From: a virus
Taxonomy: Duplodnaviria; Heunggongvirae; Uroviricota; Caudoviricetes
IMG/VR virus record: IMGVR_UViG_3300033068_001916
DNA: 64,000 nucleotides
Reading direction: 5' to 3' (one strand)
Below the pieces are notes generated by a model. That model saw only the letters and a program-made list of their open reading frames with translations. It did not search any database and was not told where the DNA came from. This document shows, piece by piece, positions 38,430 through 48,128 of this stretch. Both the position numbers and the translations under genes were made by a program. How positions within the stretch are numbered: the first letter of the stretch is position 1; every line of letters begins with the position of its first letter.

Positions 38430-38963
38430 ATGATAACACTCATAAAACCTGATAACGAAACGTTATCACCATCGGATGATACTATATCCATCTTTCTGGG
38501 AGGAACCATAGAAATGGGGAATTCAGATGATTGGCAAACCGAAATCTATAATAGACTAAAAGATATAGACGAGACCATTGGGTTTTTCGATAATATAAAT
38601 CTTTTTAATCCAAGAAGAGACTCGTGGGATTCATCATGGGTACAGGAGCAATCCAATCCACAATTCAATGGACAGGTTAACTGGGAACTTGATAATATTG
38701 AGGATTCCAATATAATCTTTTTTAATATTCTACCAGAATCAAAAAGTCCAATAACACTTATGGAGATAGGATTATGCAAGGATAAAGGTGCTTCTGTTAT
38801 AGTCTGCTGTCCTGATGGTTTCTATAGAAAGGGTAATGTTGATGTAGTTTGCTCAAGATATGGTATGCAGCAATATAAAGATATTGATTCAGCATTTGGT
38901 GCTTTACTTACTGAGATAAATAGAGCAGGTAGAAGCAAAAATGTAATAACAAAAAATAAATAA
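38430..38963 (+). CDS. nucleoside 2-deoxyribosyltransferase-like protein
   Basis: ISIFLGGTIEMG...W matches the NDT-like FLGG block. Confidence 0.4.
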   Translation: MITLIKPDNETLSPSDDTISIFLGGTIEMGNSDDWQTEIYNRLKDIDETIGFFDNINLFNPRRDSWDSSWVQEQSNPQFNGQVNWELDNIEDSNIIFFNILPESKSPITLMEIGLCKDKGASVIVCCPDGFYRKGNVDVVCSRYGMQQYKDIDSAFGALLTEINRAGRSKNVITKNK

Positions 38964-38965
38964 AA

Positions 38966-39865
38966 ATGAGCGAAATTAAAAAACACATAGCTGTATCACA
39001 AGTAGAATCAGGCCATGGGACTTTAAGCTATCTAACATCAGAACAACTTGAAACAAAAACTGGTGAAACTGCTGAAATAGGCATAGCTTTAAGAAATAGA
39101 CACGTCGATCTTGAAACATATCAGGCAAAATCTGAGATTAGTCAGGAACAGATCAGTGATCTTAATTTATTCCATGGTATAAATGCTATTGAAATGGTCG
39201 AATCTGCATTATTGAACGAATCGAGAATTTCACAAGAAAAACAAATCTATAAGAAACTTAAATTGCTTGGTTACGAATCAAACAGAAAGTTATGGACAAA
39301 ATTTCAGCTTTTCGCTAATAAATGGACTGGATACATACCGATGGTCAATGTATCGGAAGCAGGATCACTCATCAGAAGAATTACATTATTATCTAATATC
39401 ATAGCTACGACATCTAGAATGGGACCAGCGAAATTTATTATAATCAGTCCTGGCCTATTACATCACTTCGTAAATGAGAATGGATTCACACCAGAAGATC
39501 ACGATTCATTAATGGATATAAATGCTGGTAGCATCTATAAATGTGGAACATACAGGGATAATTTGGAGATACTTATAAATCCTACACTTAAATGGACAGA
39601 TAAAAGAGTTGTTATCGGGAGAGATACACTTAGTCCGAACGAAGGTGTATATCTTCTTGAACATATTGAGGGTCCACAATATACAAGAATAGATAGAGTT
39701 AATTACGGATCACTAGTTCCTATGACTGAAACCATATTAAGAACAAGATATGGGTTAGTTCACACACCTAATGCATCAAAAAATTATATAACAATAACAT
39801 GTACAGAGAAAAAACATAATATTATTACACATATTATGGAAAAGTACTTTAAAAGAAAAAAATAA
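38966..39865 (+). CDS. hypothetical protein
   Basis: 299-aa ORF. Confidence 0.5.
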   Translation: MSEIKKHIAVSQVESGHGTLSYLTSEQLETKTGETAEIGIALRNRHVDLETYQAKSEISQEQISDLNLFHGINAIEMVESALLNESRISQEKQIYKKLKLLGYESNRKLWTKFQLFANKWTGYIPMVNVSEAGSLIRRITLLSNIIATTSRMGPAKFIIISPGLLHHFVNENGFTPEDHDSLMDINAGSIYKCGTYRDNLEILINPTLKWTDKRVVIGRDTLSPNEGVYLLEHIEGPQYTRIDRVNYGSLVPMTETILRTRYGLVHTPNASKNYITITCTEKKHNIITHIMEKYFKRKK

Positions 39866-40341
39866 TGGTAAGCTTATATTCATCAATCCTTTGGGATAAG
39901 ATTGGTCACAATCCTAACGAATTTAAAATACATGACAAGGAATTTCCTGAAATATTAGAGGAATTCAAAAAATACATAGAGGATAAAGGTTCTGAACAAT
40001 TCATTAATGATGTTAGAGAACTTGACGGTATAGTTGGTGACATCACCGAATTTAGTTACTACGATGGACCAATATATCAACATAAGACACACACCCACGA
40101 AAGCAATATAAAGGATCCCGAGGATTGGGAGGAAGGAAAAAGAAACGGTTATAAGGAGATGAAACTCGTTTTCCACGAATCCGAGGTTCTACCTTCTGTT
40201 TTAAGAATGATGATGGAATTTCTTGCACCCGACGAGGTATCTTTCCTTGCCGATGTACATAGGGTTTATTATAAAAATAAAAAAGCTGTAGCAGTCGAGG
40301 ATTGTCAAATGAAGCCATCTGCTGATGTGAATGATGAATAA
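39865..40341 (+). CDS. hypothetical protein
   Basis: ORF. Confidence 0.5.
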   Translation: MVSLYSSILWDKIGHNPNEFKIHDKEFPEILEEFKKYIEDKGSEQFINDVRELDGIVGDITEFSYYDGPIYQHKTHTHESNIKDPEDWEEGKRNGYKEMKLVFHESEVLPSVLRMMMEFLAPDEVSFLADVHRVYYKNKKAVAVEDCQMKPSADVNDE

Positions 40342-40897
40342 TCAATATATTCTACATTCAGGTGGAGCGATTGGAGCAGACACCACTTGGGAAATCATAG
40401 GTAGACGTTTTGGGCTAACTGAATTTAACCATTATTTTATAGAGGGTTATAAAACACCAAGGGGTAATGCATCAATAAGGATGACGGAAGATCTCAAAAA
40501 AGTAATAGATTCAGATTTAATAAAAGCAAATAAGAATCTAAAAAGAAGTTATCCGACTAGAAATTCATACGTTAATAGCTTACTTCGAAGAAATTGGTTT
40601 CAGGTTGCAAATTCAAATTCAGTTTTTGCAATATCAAGAATAGAAAACAATATGGTAAGTGGTGGAACAGGTTGGGCAGTTCAAATGGCAATAGACAAAG
40701 GAATCAACGTTTTTGTTTTCTGTCAATTTGCAAGAAAATGGTTCTTATATTCATCTGGATTTTGGATTGAAACAGAAACACCAACGCTAACCAATAATTT
40801 TGCAGGTATAGGTACCAGGGAGATCGATCAAAACGGAATACTAGCGATAGAAGACGTCTATAATAAAACATTCAATAAAAAAAAAGCTGAAGAGTAA
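40331..40897 (+). CDS. SLOG-superfamily (DprA/Smf-like Rossmann) protein
   Basis: LHSGGAIGADTTWEIIG versus DprA SGlArGiDaaAHrgAL; later SGGTGWAVQMAIDKGINVFVF. Confidence 0.45.
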   Translation: MMNNQYILHSGGAIGADTTWEIIGRRFGLTEFNHYFIEGYKTPRGNASIRMTEDLKKVIDSDLIKANKNLKRSYPTRNSYVNSLLRRNWFQVANSNSVFAISRIENNMVSGGTGWAVQMAIDKGINVFVFCQFARKWFLYSSGFWIETETPTLTNNFAGIGTREIDQNGILAIEDVYNKTFNKKKAEE

Positions 40898-40915
40898 TCT
40901 TCAGCTTTTTTTTTA
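40878..40915. terminator. bidirectional intrinsic terminator
   Basis: A9-agctgaaga-gtaa-tcttcagct-T9 lies between convergent genes. Confidence 0.65.
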
Positions 40916-41185
40916 TTCTGCTCTGTCTTTTTCTATGGATTCGTATCCGGGTTGGCCAAGCATTTCTTTTAACATATTCTGGCATTCATCTACATATCTT
41001 TCATATGTATGACTCTCATCCATATCGTTGTGATATTCATTAGCCTCGTCTATTAAATGCTTTTTACAAAGTTTTTTCATTTTGTGTATAGCCTTCTCGC
41101 TCATGCATGATTCTTTCTGATTATCAGCATCCCAATTTTCGCCGACAAAATCATTAAAATTCTCGTAAGTCTTAATATTTTCCAT
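40913..41185 (-). CDS. hypothetical protein
   Basis: Minus-strand ORF after a bidirectional terminator. Confidence 0.45.
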   Translation of the reverse strand: MENIKTYENFNDFVGENWDADNQKESCMSEKAIHKMKKLCKKHLIDEANEYHNDMDESHTYERYVDECQNMLKEMLGQPGYESIEKDRAE

Positions 41186-41451
41186 TATTCAGTTTTATTT
41201 GTATCTGTTGGAGTTTCATCCTTTCCCTTATACTTTAAAGATAGTATTTTCTCAATTACAGTTAGACCTAATCCACCACCAGCTATAAGACAAAGGGAAT
41301 CGTACATAAACTCCGGTGTTATTCCATCTTTAGATCTGAAAGTTGCTATATAGGCTAATATCACGATATTAACAAGCACAAACATAGAAGCTACTCTTTT
41401 CGAGGAGACCTCATTGTTATTCGAAAACATATCTTTTATGAAATTCCACAT
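41185..41451 (-). CDS. small membrane protein
   Basis: Minus-strand ORF with a TM segment. Confidence 0.45.
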   Translation of the reverse strand: MWNFIKDMFSNNNEVSSKRVASMFVLVNIVILAYIATFRSKDGITPEFMYDSLCLIAGGGLGLTVIEKILSLKYKGKDETPTDTNKTE

Positions 41452-41487
41452 GGTTTTATTTTTTTATATTATATATCTTTATTTCGT

Positions 41488-41916
41488 TTGAATATATACA
41501 TCATGGGAAACATACTAAACTTCGAATCATTCATCAATGAGAATAATCCAGCAAATAATATGGACTGGGTAGAGGGCGGAATATTACTTGTTAGAGGGGT
41601 TAAGATCAAGGATATAACAAGAATGTACGCATTCAAAATCAAAAAGATAACTCAAGCTGGAGGAGGAAGAATGGCTCATCTTGATTTTCAACCATATAGA
41701 ATAGCAAAGCAGGACGGAAATTTTAAGGCATCTTCGATAGTTGCTGATCAAGCATACATAAAGAAAAATATAGGTCTTAGCGGTCTTAGAATAATGTTAA
41801 ATGCAAAGAATGGTAAAACGCCATTATGGAGAGAATCAGTTCTTGAAAGAAACTTTAAAAAATTTCTGGATGAGAATGCAGCTGTTCTTAATTCATGGAA
41901 AGATATAACTTACTAA
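41488..41916 (+). CDS. hypothetical protein
   Basis: ORF. Confidence 0.45.
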   Translation: MNIYIMGNILNFESFINENNPANNMDWVEGGILLVRGVKIKDITRMYAFKIKKITQAGGGRMAHLDFQPYRIAKQDGNFKASSIVADQAYIKKNIGLSGLRIMLNAKNGKTPLWRESVLERNFKKFLDENAAVLNSWKDITY

Positions 41917-42146
41917 TTATGAAACACATAGAAATATACGAGAACTATGAGCCAAAAACGCTTATAGGTAATACCACACTGGAGCAATTTAAGAATCTCA
42001 GAAGAGGCGACAAAATAAAATACCTAGGAACACCTTACATAGTGGAGGAGCCAGGGGATTTTTTAATATCTGCTAGAAGCGAGGAAGATGGTGAAATCAT
42101 AGAGATAAACTACAATATGTTCAAATCAAAGGGATTTATAAGTTAA
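41895..42146 (+). CDS. hypothetical protein
   Basis: ORF. Confidence 0.4.
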   Translation: MERYNLLIMKHIEIYENYEPKTLIGNTTLEQFKNLRRGDKIKYLGTPYIVEEPGDFLISARSEEDGEIIEINYNMFKSKGFIS

Positions 42147-42742
42147 TAAAGTAGATCCTTTAATACCCAATCAGTTCTTTCGTCGATAGGAATACCAGAT
42201 AAATCAACATATGGTATTCTTTCAAGCTCAAGATAATTTTTAATAATTGAATCAAGTCTAATTATTTCATTTCTATTATGGAACCTTATACCATCATTTT
42301 CGTCATCCTCCAAGAAGGGTGGAACGTAATAAATTTTATGCCATTGTCCGAGAGACTTAAGTATCTCCTTCTGTATATGGTTGATTGTTGCAATATCTTT
42401 AAGAGATAACTGGTTACCAAAAAGAGATCTGAAGTAGAAATAATTCAGAATTGTACTGGAATCACATATTATCCATTCCTTAGAATCAACATACATTCTT
42501 TCCCTACCAAGCTGTTCATAGAATATTATCAATTGATCAGTCGGAGTATTTGGTATACCCCATTCAGCTATATAATCAGTAGCAGCCTCACCAACAAATA
42601 TCGAATTTCTCTTGTCTATTTTAAGTCTATAATGAACTGATGTTGCTAGAGTACTCTTCCCTGAGGAGGGTGCACCAATCACACATACAAGTTTGGATTT
42701 TTTAGGTTCTTTCATGTATATTATTTGATTATTATAGGACAA
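42143..42742 (-). CDS. P-loop ATPase resembling the NadR-type ribosylnicotinamide kinase domain
   Basis: CVIGAPSSGKSTLATSV ... EAATDYIAEWG versus the NadR RNK block vaiLGgeSSGKStL...E.aReyv. Confidence 0.45.
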   Translation of the reverse strand: MSYNNQIIYMKEPKKSKLVCVIGAPSSGKSTLATSVHYRLKIDKRNSIFVGEAATDYIAEWGIPNTPTDQLIIFYEQLGRERMYVDSKEWIICDSSTILNYFYFRSLFGNQLSLKDIATINHIQKEILKSLGQWHKIYYVPPFLEDDENDGIRFHNRNEIIRLDSIIKNYLELERIPYVDLSGIPIDERTDWVLKDLLY

Positions 42743-42770
42743 TTTTATGAAATAATTCCATAAATATTTT

Positions 42771-42798
42771 TTTATATTGAATCTTTTTTATATATTTG
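42771..42798 (+). promoter_or_regulatory. conserved phage promoter in a divergent intergenic region
   Basis: tttttttatattgaatc ... TATATTTG at 42791-42798. Confidence 0.5.
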
Positions 42799-42842
42799 CC
42801 CTATAATTAAATAACAACAATTAAAAAATTAAAATTAAAAAA

Positions 42843-43400
42843 ATGGACACTAGTAAAATTATCAAATTTGGTATTATCGGTTTAGTACTTATTGTAATCT
42901 TTGGATTATTCACGAGCGTGATTTCGACAAGCAACCAGGAGGTTGATTTAAGAAATCGATTCAAGCAAAAAATGGACGAGCGTACAGCTTTCTATGACAA
43001 GATGTGGAAAACTATTTCTCAAAAATCTCAAATCGCAGTTAAGAATGACAGTTCATTCGTTCGTAATGTTAACATCATTATGTCAGGTAGAAAGGATGCT
43101 CAAGGATTAGTTATGAAATGGGTTCAGGAATCAAATCCTAATGCAAACTTCGATCAGGTATCAGCTTTATATGCAGATCTTAGCCGAACAATAGAGGGAC
43201 AGAGAGACGGATTCTTTATGCAGGAAAAAATGATTATGGATATTGTATTAGCTCATGATAATATAATGACCAAATTTCCATCAGGATTTATTCTTTCAAG
43301 CTTTATGGGTAGAACTAGATTGGTATATAAGCCAATCACATCAGATAAAACTGACGAGGTCATAAAAACTGGGAAGGACAACGATACAAAAGTATTTTAA
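42843..43400 (+). CDS. LemA-like membrane-anchored protein
   Basis: N-terminal TM segment; paralog of 50118..50939 (MWKTISQKSQIAVKNDSSF versus MWKSYTLKHNVLIENKETF). Confidence 0.5.
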   Translation: MDTSKIIKFGIIGLVLIVIFGLFTSVISTSNQEVDLRNRFKQKMDERTAFYDKMWKTISQKSQIAVKNDSSFVRNVNIIMSGRKDAQGLVMKWVQESNPNANFDQVSALYADLSRTIEGQRDGFFMQEKMIMDIVLAHDNIMTKFPSGFILSSFMGRTRLVYKPITSDKTDEVIKTGKDNDTKVF

Positions 43401-43414
43401 TAAAAACAAAACAA

Positions 43415-43440
43415 AGGCAGGATTCGTCCTGCCTTTCTTC
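43415..43440 (+). terminator. probable intrinsic terminator
   Basis: Hairpin aggcagga-ttcg-tcctgcct followed by a short T-rich tract. Confidence 0.4.
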
Positions 43441-43455
43441 TAAAAAGTAAAAGTT

Positions 43456-44670
43456 ATGTCTATCTGGTTATGTCTTCTAATACCTATTATAGGCGCCATA
43501 GTGCTCCTTAAATTTTTCTCAAAGAAATTGACTTGGTGGGAAGTTTTAATCCCGCTACTAGCTTGTTTATCATTTATAGCGATCTTTAAGGCCATAGTCG
43601 AGAAGGTACAAGTAACAGATACCGAATATCATGGGGCTTTAATAGTATCAGCAAGATATTACGAGCCATACACAACCTGGGTTCACAAGACATGTAGCTA
43701 TACCGTTTCCTGTGGTAAAAATTGCACCAGAACTGTTTATTATGATTGTTCATATTGTGACGATAACGGCCCAGAATGGGAAATTAAGAATTCTTTAGGT
43801 CAAACGTGGAATATTTCTCAGGATGAGTATAATAGATTAATGAAAAAATGGTCAGCTAAACCTGAATTCATTGAGCTAAATAGAAATATAAATTATCACG
43901 GAGGATGTGGTCAAGACGGCGATGCATACGAAATAAAATGGAATTCTCTACCATTGACTGCTGAATCAACAACAACGGAGAACAGTTACGAAAATAGAGT
44001 TCAAGCAGCACACACAGCATTCGATTACCCTGTCATAACAGAGAATGACAAGAAACAATATAAGCTATTCGATTACCCAGAAGTTAAAGGATATGATCAG
44101 AAGATGGTTCTAGGTTTGGATAGTATCAAATGGGTAAATAAGAGGGATAAGTGGTACATGAATCAATGGTCCACATTTCTAAATGGAAAACTCGGGGTAA
44201 AGAAACACGCAAGAATATATTTCCTATACTTCAAAGATATGCCATCAGTTGCTGCAGACATGCAGGAGGCTTATTGGGATGGAGGTAATGATAACGAAAT
44301 TGTAGTATGCGTTGGTTTATCAAGTAAATCCAGACAGATACAATGGGTTAAGCCATTCACATGGAGTCCAATTAGAAGAATAATTCCAGATATTAGAGAG
44401 GACATAATGAGGAACAAGGCATTTGATGCTTCAAAGTTAGCAAATTCAGTTTGGTATAATGTTGATAGTGAATTCAAGAGAAAAGACTTTAGTGAATTCT
44501 CCTACATATCAGTGGATCCACCAACCTGGGCTAAATGGGTTACGTTCTTCGTAACGCTTGCTTTAACTATATGGATTTGTTATTGGGCGGTTGTTAATGA
44601 TATCGATGGTAGCGACGATCCTCTGAATGATATGTTCAGTGGGAATGGAAGAAATAACTACAGATATTAA
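43456..44670 (+). CDS. Cys-rich membrane protein
   Basis: 404 aa with TM segments at both termini. Confidence 0.55.
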   Translation: MSIWLCLLIPIIGAIVLLKFFSKKLTWWEVLIPLLACLSFIAIFKAIVEKVQVTDTEYHGALIVSARYYEPYTTWVHKTCSYTVSCGKNCTRTVYYDCSYCDDNGPEWEIKNSLGQTWNISQDEYNRLMKKWSAKPEFIELNRNINYHGGCGQDGDAYEIKWNSLPLTAESTTTENSYENRVQAAHTAFDYPVITENDKKQYKLFDYPEVKGYDQKMVLGLDSIKWVNKRDKWYMNQWSTFLNGKLGVKKHARIYFLYFKDMPSVAADMQEAYWDGGNDNEIVVCVGLSSKSRQIQWVKPFTWSPIRRIIPDIREDIMRNKAFDASKLANSVWYNVDSEFKRKDFSEFSYISVDPPTWAKWVTFFVTLALTIWICYWAVVNDIDGSDDPLNDMFSGNGRNNYRY

Positions 44671-44990
44671 TGCAGAAAAAAATATATCTAAATAGATACT
44701 CAGATAAGATAATATTTGAGAGATTGGAACCTCTTAAATTTAGAATGACTGGGTTTATATCGGGGTATAGTAGGAGAATAATAGATCTGGACGGTAAAAC
44801 AATTACATTCGATCCTCCTGGAGGCCCAACAATATCAAGAGGAATTGACATGGGCGAATTTGATAAAAAATGGAGTGATCTGAAAATAGAAGATATAGAA
44901 TCAGAAAAATCAGAAATACAATCCATAATAATTACATGCTTCTATGACATATCCAAAATGAAATGGAAGACAATAAAAAATCCAGCTTAA
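44670..44990 (+). CDS. hypothetical protein
   Basis: ORF before a bidirectional terminator. Confidence 0.45.
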   Translation: MQKKIYLNRYSDKIIFERLEPLKFRMTGFISGYSRRIIDLDGKTITFDPPGGPTISRGIDMGEFDKKWSDLKIEDIESEKSEIQSIIITCFYDISKMKWKTIKNPA

Positions 44991-45005
44991 TGCTGGATTT
45001 TTTTA
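44975..45005. terminator. bidirectional intrinsic terminator
   Basis: A6-tccagc-ttaat-gctgga-T8 lies between convergent genes. Confidence 0.6.
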
Positions 45006-45737
45006 TTATACTAACCATTTAGAAACTATATTCATACCAAGTTCATATTTCTTTTTCCTTTCCTCGAAATCTTTTTTATCAACTCCTATTTTTTTTAGAA
45101 ATTTAGATTTATCGGAATCGTTAAGCCCATCATATATTCGGTATGTTAATTCTTTATCGGTATCAAATATTTTATACAAGTATTTAAGAATAGTACCAGA
45201 ATCGGAAAATTCTGATTTATCAATATTAGAATATTTATCTATACCTTTTTTCTTAAATTGTTTTAGTGTCCAATCATATATGTATAAAAATTGATGGCTC
45301 CACGTTAATAAATCTCCATTATTAGGAAATCTTTTCATTACCCTCTGTGAGGAATCTGTCCAGTGAGCCGGTGATGTTTTTCTTACATATCCATTAGAAT
45401 AAACCATTACATTGTCGGTTGGATCAGTAAGATCCAGAGTATCATTATATAATCTCATATTCATATGTCTTTTCATTACATCAGTACTCGAATCATAATA
45501 GCCAACTGCTTTGAGTAATTGAAATGATGGGAGTTCCTTGACGTCATCCAGAGTATAATTATAATTGGATCCAGATTCAAATATTTTAAAGGTCATTAAG
45601 TTTTTCATCGAATATATATCTAAAAAAATAAAATGGTTGGAGCTATAGTTATAAAAGGATTGGATATACACCATGCAAAAATCAAATGGGGAGAAGAGTT
45701 TGTTGATGATGTACTTATGAAATGCAGCAGTAAGCAC
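45006..45737 (-). CDS. hypothetical protein
   Basis: 243-aa minus-strand ORF. Confidence 0.5.
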   Translation of the reverse strand: MLTAAFHKYIINKLFSPFDFCMVYIQSFYNYSSNHFIFLDIYSMKNLMTFKIFESGSNYNYTLDDVKELPSFQLLKAVGYYDSSTDVMKRHMNMRLYNDTLDLTDPTDNVMVYSNGYVRKTSPAHWTDSSQRVMKRFPNNGDLLTWSHQFLYIYDWTLKQFKKKGIDKYSNIDKSEFSDSGTILKYLYKIFDTDKELTYRIYDGLNDSDKSKFLKKIGVDKKDFEERKKKYELGMNIVSKWLV

Positions 45738-45815
45738 CCATCGGTTTTATACGAATCATCTGACGATCCAAAAATAAGAGAATGTTTAGAAATGCTATTT
45801 AAGGAAGCATTATAA

Positions 45816-45856
45816 AAGTCAATCCTCCAAGGATTGACTTTTTCTTTTTAATCTAG
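45816..45856 (+). terminator. intrinsic terminator
   Basis: Hairpin aagtcaatcct-ccaa-ggattgactt followed by tttttcttttt. Confidence 0.5.
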
Positions 45857-46094
45857 GTAAGCTAACCTTTTTGTCTGAAATCCAAAAATAGATTCCAAAG
45901 AAGAAAGCCGAGAGGCAATAAAATATGCCATCTGTTACTAGATACGATCCTGTCCAATCCATTACTAACGCAAAAAGCACGTCGAACCCTAATGGGTTGA
46001 AGAATGTCGCTAGGATCAGAACAGCCGTCTGAATGTTTTTTCTCTGCATTTTTCTTGGGGTTATCGGTGTCCATAGTGGAATTTTTTTGCACAA
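45819..46094 (-). CDS. possible small membrane protein
   Basis: Hydrophobic ORF, but a + strand terminator hairpin overlaps its 3' end. Confidence 0.3.
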   Translation of the reverse strand: MCKKIPLWTPITPRKMQRKNIQTAVLILATFFNPLGFDVLFALVMDWTGSYLVTDGIFYCLSAFFFGIYFWISDKKVSLPRLKRKSQSLED

Positions 46095-46213
46095 TTTCAG
46101 TCCTTAGTGGAAAAAAATCGCGAGATTCGAGTTATCTGCTCTATATATTGGAAAAAAATGGGAAACTTTCGGATTTTTTAGGTATAATTAATAACATTCA
46201 AAAACATAACGAA

Positions 46214-46489
46214 ATGCTTAAATTACCAAAATCACACAAGAGAACATTCGATCAGATTGAATACTCAAGAGCTATCAATTTGCTAGATAGATCATACCAT
46301 ACTCTTTCTCAGGATAAAATAGATGAAATCGGTATATTGTCACCCTACATAGCTTTGAGTGAACCATATTACGGAATGACTTTCGACGAAGCAAGATATT
46401 CACAATCGATTAAAAATTTAAGAAATTCATATTATTCATTATCACAGGATAAAATAGATAGGGTTAAGGCTTTGGCCAAAGATTTATAA
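46214..46489 (+). CDS. hypothetical protein
   Basis: Start trimmed to the internal ATG (MLKLPK) because the listed start overlaps the opposite-strand ORF. Confidence 0.4.
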   Translation: MLKLPKSHKRTFDQIEYSRAINLLDRSYHTLSQDKIDEIGILSPYIALSEPYYGMTFDEARYSQSIKNLRNSYYSLSQDKIDRVKALAKDL

Positions 46490-46866
46490 TGGAAGAAATC
46501 ACACTCATAGATCCCAGAGGATACGATCTAAAAGAAACGATTGTTATTAGCTATAGACTTTATTATGCTAAACATCATTCTTGTCAGATTTGTGGGAATA
46601 ATGAATGTGTACAATATTGGGTTGAAGGTAACGGGGTAGCTAAGTGTGATATACCTGTTCTCGATGATGTTATGATATACGGTAAGCTATTCGGAAGATG
46701 TATTGATTGTCGAATAGAAAATCCAAGTAGTACTTCCTTCTATCGTCCAAGAATAGATCTATTTACACTGAATGAATATGTGGGTTCAAAAATGGACAGA
46801 TATGATCCTAATAGAGATCACATTGTCTCTGACTCCACATTAATAGAATGGGATAAAATAAGGTAA
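46489..46866 (+). CDS. Cys-rich hypothetical protein
   Basis: ORF. Confidence 0.5.
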   Translation: MEEITLIDPRGYDLKETIVISYRLYYAKHHSCQICGNNECVQYWVEGNGVAKCDIPVLDDVMIYGKLFGRCIDCRIENPSSTSFYRPRIDLFTLNEYVGSKMDRYDPNRDHIVSDSTLIEWDKIR

Positions 46867-46873
46867 ATTTTAT

Positions 46874-46904
46874 TTTTTTATTTCGATTCTTTTTCATACA
46901 TTTG
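46874..46904 (+). promoter_or_regulatory. conserved phage promoter
   Basis: tttttttatttcgattc ... TACATTTG at 46897-46904. Confidence 0.5.
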
Positions 46905-46908
46905 CAAT

Positions 46909-47475
46909 ATGAAAGGAAAGAACCTAAACATATTTGTTAGATTTGGTGGTCTTGATCTCAAGAAACAGAATGGCTACACACAGGAGCAAAAAACGTTCCA
47001 TTCACCCCCTGCTTCCAGAGGATTTTATGCTATGCCCAAAGTAGCACAAGAATTTTTTCTGATTAGTTCAATAGAAAAAACCCAACCCAGTGCATTCTCT
47101 AAACCAGTTGAATATGCTGAAGATAGACCCGAGGAGGAATCAGAAAAACTATGGGATAATTATCACAAGAGAAGAAAGAAAGCTATCAGAGCAAACAGAA
47201 AAGAATTCACTAAAACATCTGGGCACATCTGGCATCACCTTGACGAACACGTTAAACCTAATGAGGTTATCGGTAGACACGGATCATGGGTTAAAACAGA
47301 TATAGAATCATGGAAGAGAGCATTTTCCAGGATTTCACTAAAATATAGATACGGCGTTAACGATGGTAGCGGATGGGAACCAGAAATAACATCAATCAAT
47401 GAGACATTACGTTCCGGTCTTTTCGGTTTTTATTCAAGGGACGAATTTGAAGTATTTTTTGACGAAAAAGTTTAA
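46909..47475 (+). CDS. hypothetical protein
   Basis: The ATG lies 4 nt after the promoter -7 box, so the mRNA is probably leaderless. Confidence 0.5.
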   Translation: MKGKNLNIFVRFGGLDLKKQNGYTQEQKTFHSPPASRGFYAMPKVAQEFFLISSIEKTQPSAFSKPVEYAEDRPEEESEKLWDNYHKRRKKAIRANRKEFTKTSGHIWHHLDEHVKPNEVIGRHGSWVKTDIESWKRAFSRISLKYRYGVNDGSGWEPEITSINETLRSGLFGFYSRDEFEVFFDEKV

Positions 47476-47477
47476 TT

Positions 47478-48128
47478 ATGATAGAGGAAAAAGATTTAGT
47501 TGACTTTAAGAAAGCTACAGAACAGCAAAAAAGAAAGGTTGCTGATATAATGATAGCAAACTATACCCAAATGGTTGAAGAGTTTGTGGAGAAAGCAGAC
47601 TATGCTACAACCACTGGATATTGGAAAGATTTCACACCGCAGACTTTCAATCAGATGAGTGCATCAGAATTCATCGCAAAGTACGGTCATATAATAGGAG
47701 AACCAATAGAAATAAGAGAAAGAAAAAATATGGAATTAAAGGGATTCATAATGCCGGGTGACAAAGTAAGTGTTACTTGTTGTGAGAATATAGAAGATAT
47801 AGAAATCGGAGGGGTTTCCCTTTACGAAAAGCTAACTGAGCTCTTCAATCAAAGTGAGGAGGATTATTGGAATGACTCATCCAAACAAAGTCCAAGGTAT
47901 CATGTTCGTTACGTTATACTCGAGCAAGCACCATCGGAGGAAAAATCGTTCGATCAGCAAAGCGCAGAGGTTGTTGCCTCTATGCTTTACGCAGATCTGA
48001 TTTCTGGATGCTATTCAGAATGGACATGCGGATATGGGGGGTTTGATTATGTTGCAGATGAGAATGGACACTCGATATTTAAGGAGCTAAAAAGCCATGT
48101 TGGTAAATATGTTCATTTTGTGATATAA
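47478..48128 (+). CDS. hypothetical protein
   Basis: ORF. Confidence 0.5.
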   Translation: MIEEKDLVDFKKATEQQKRKVADIMIANYTQMVEEFVEKADYATTTGYWKDFTPQTFNQMSASEFIAKYGHIIGEPIEIRERKNMELKGFIMPGDKVSVTCCENIEDIEIGGVSLYEKLTELFNQSEEDYWNDSSKQSPRYHVRYVILEQAPSEEKSFDQQSAEVVASMLYADLISGCYSEWTCGYGGFDYVADENGHSIFKELKSHVGKYVHFVI

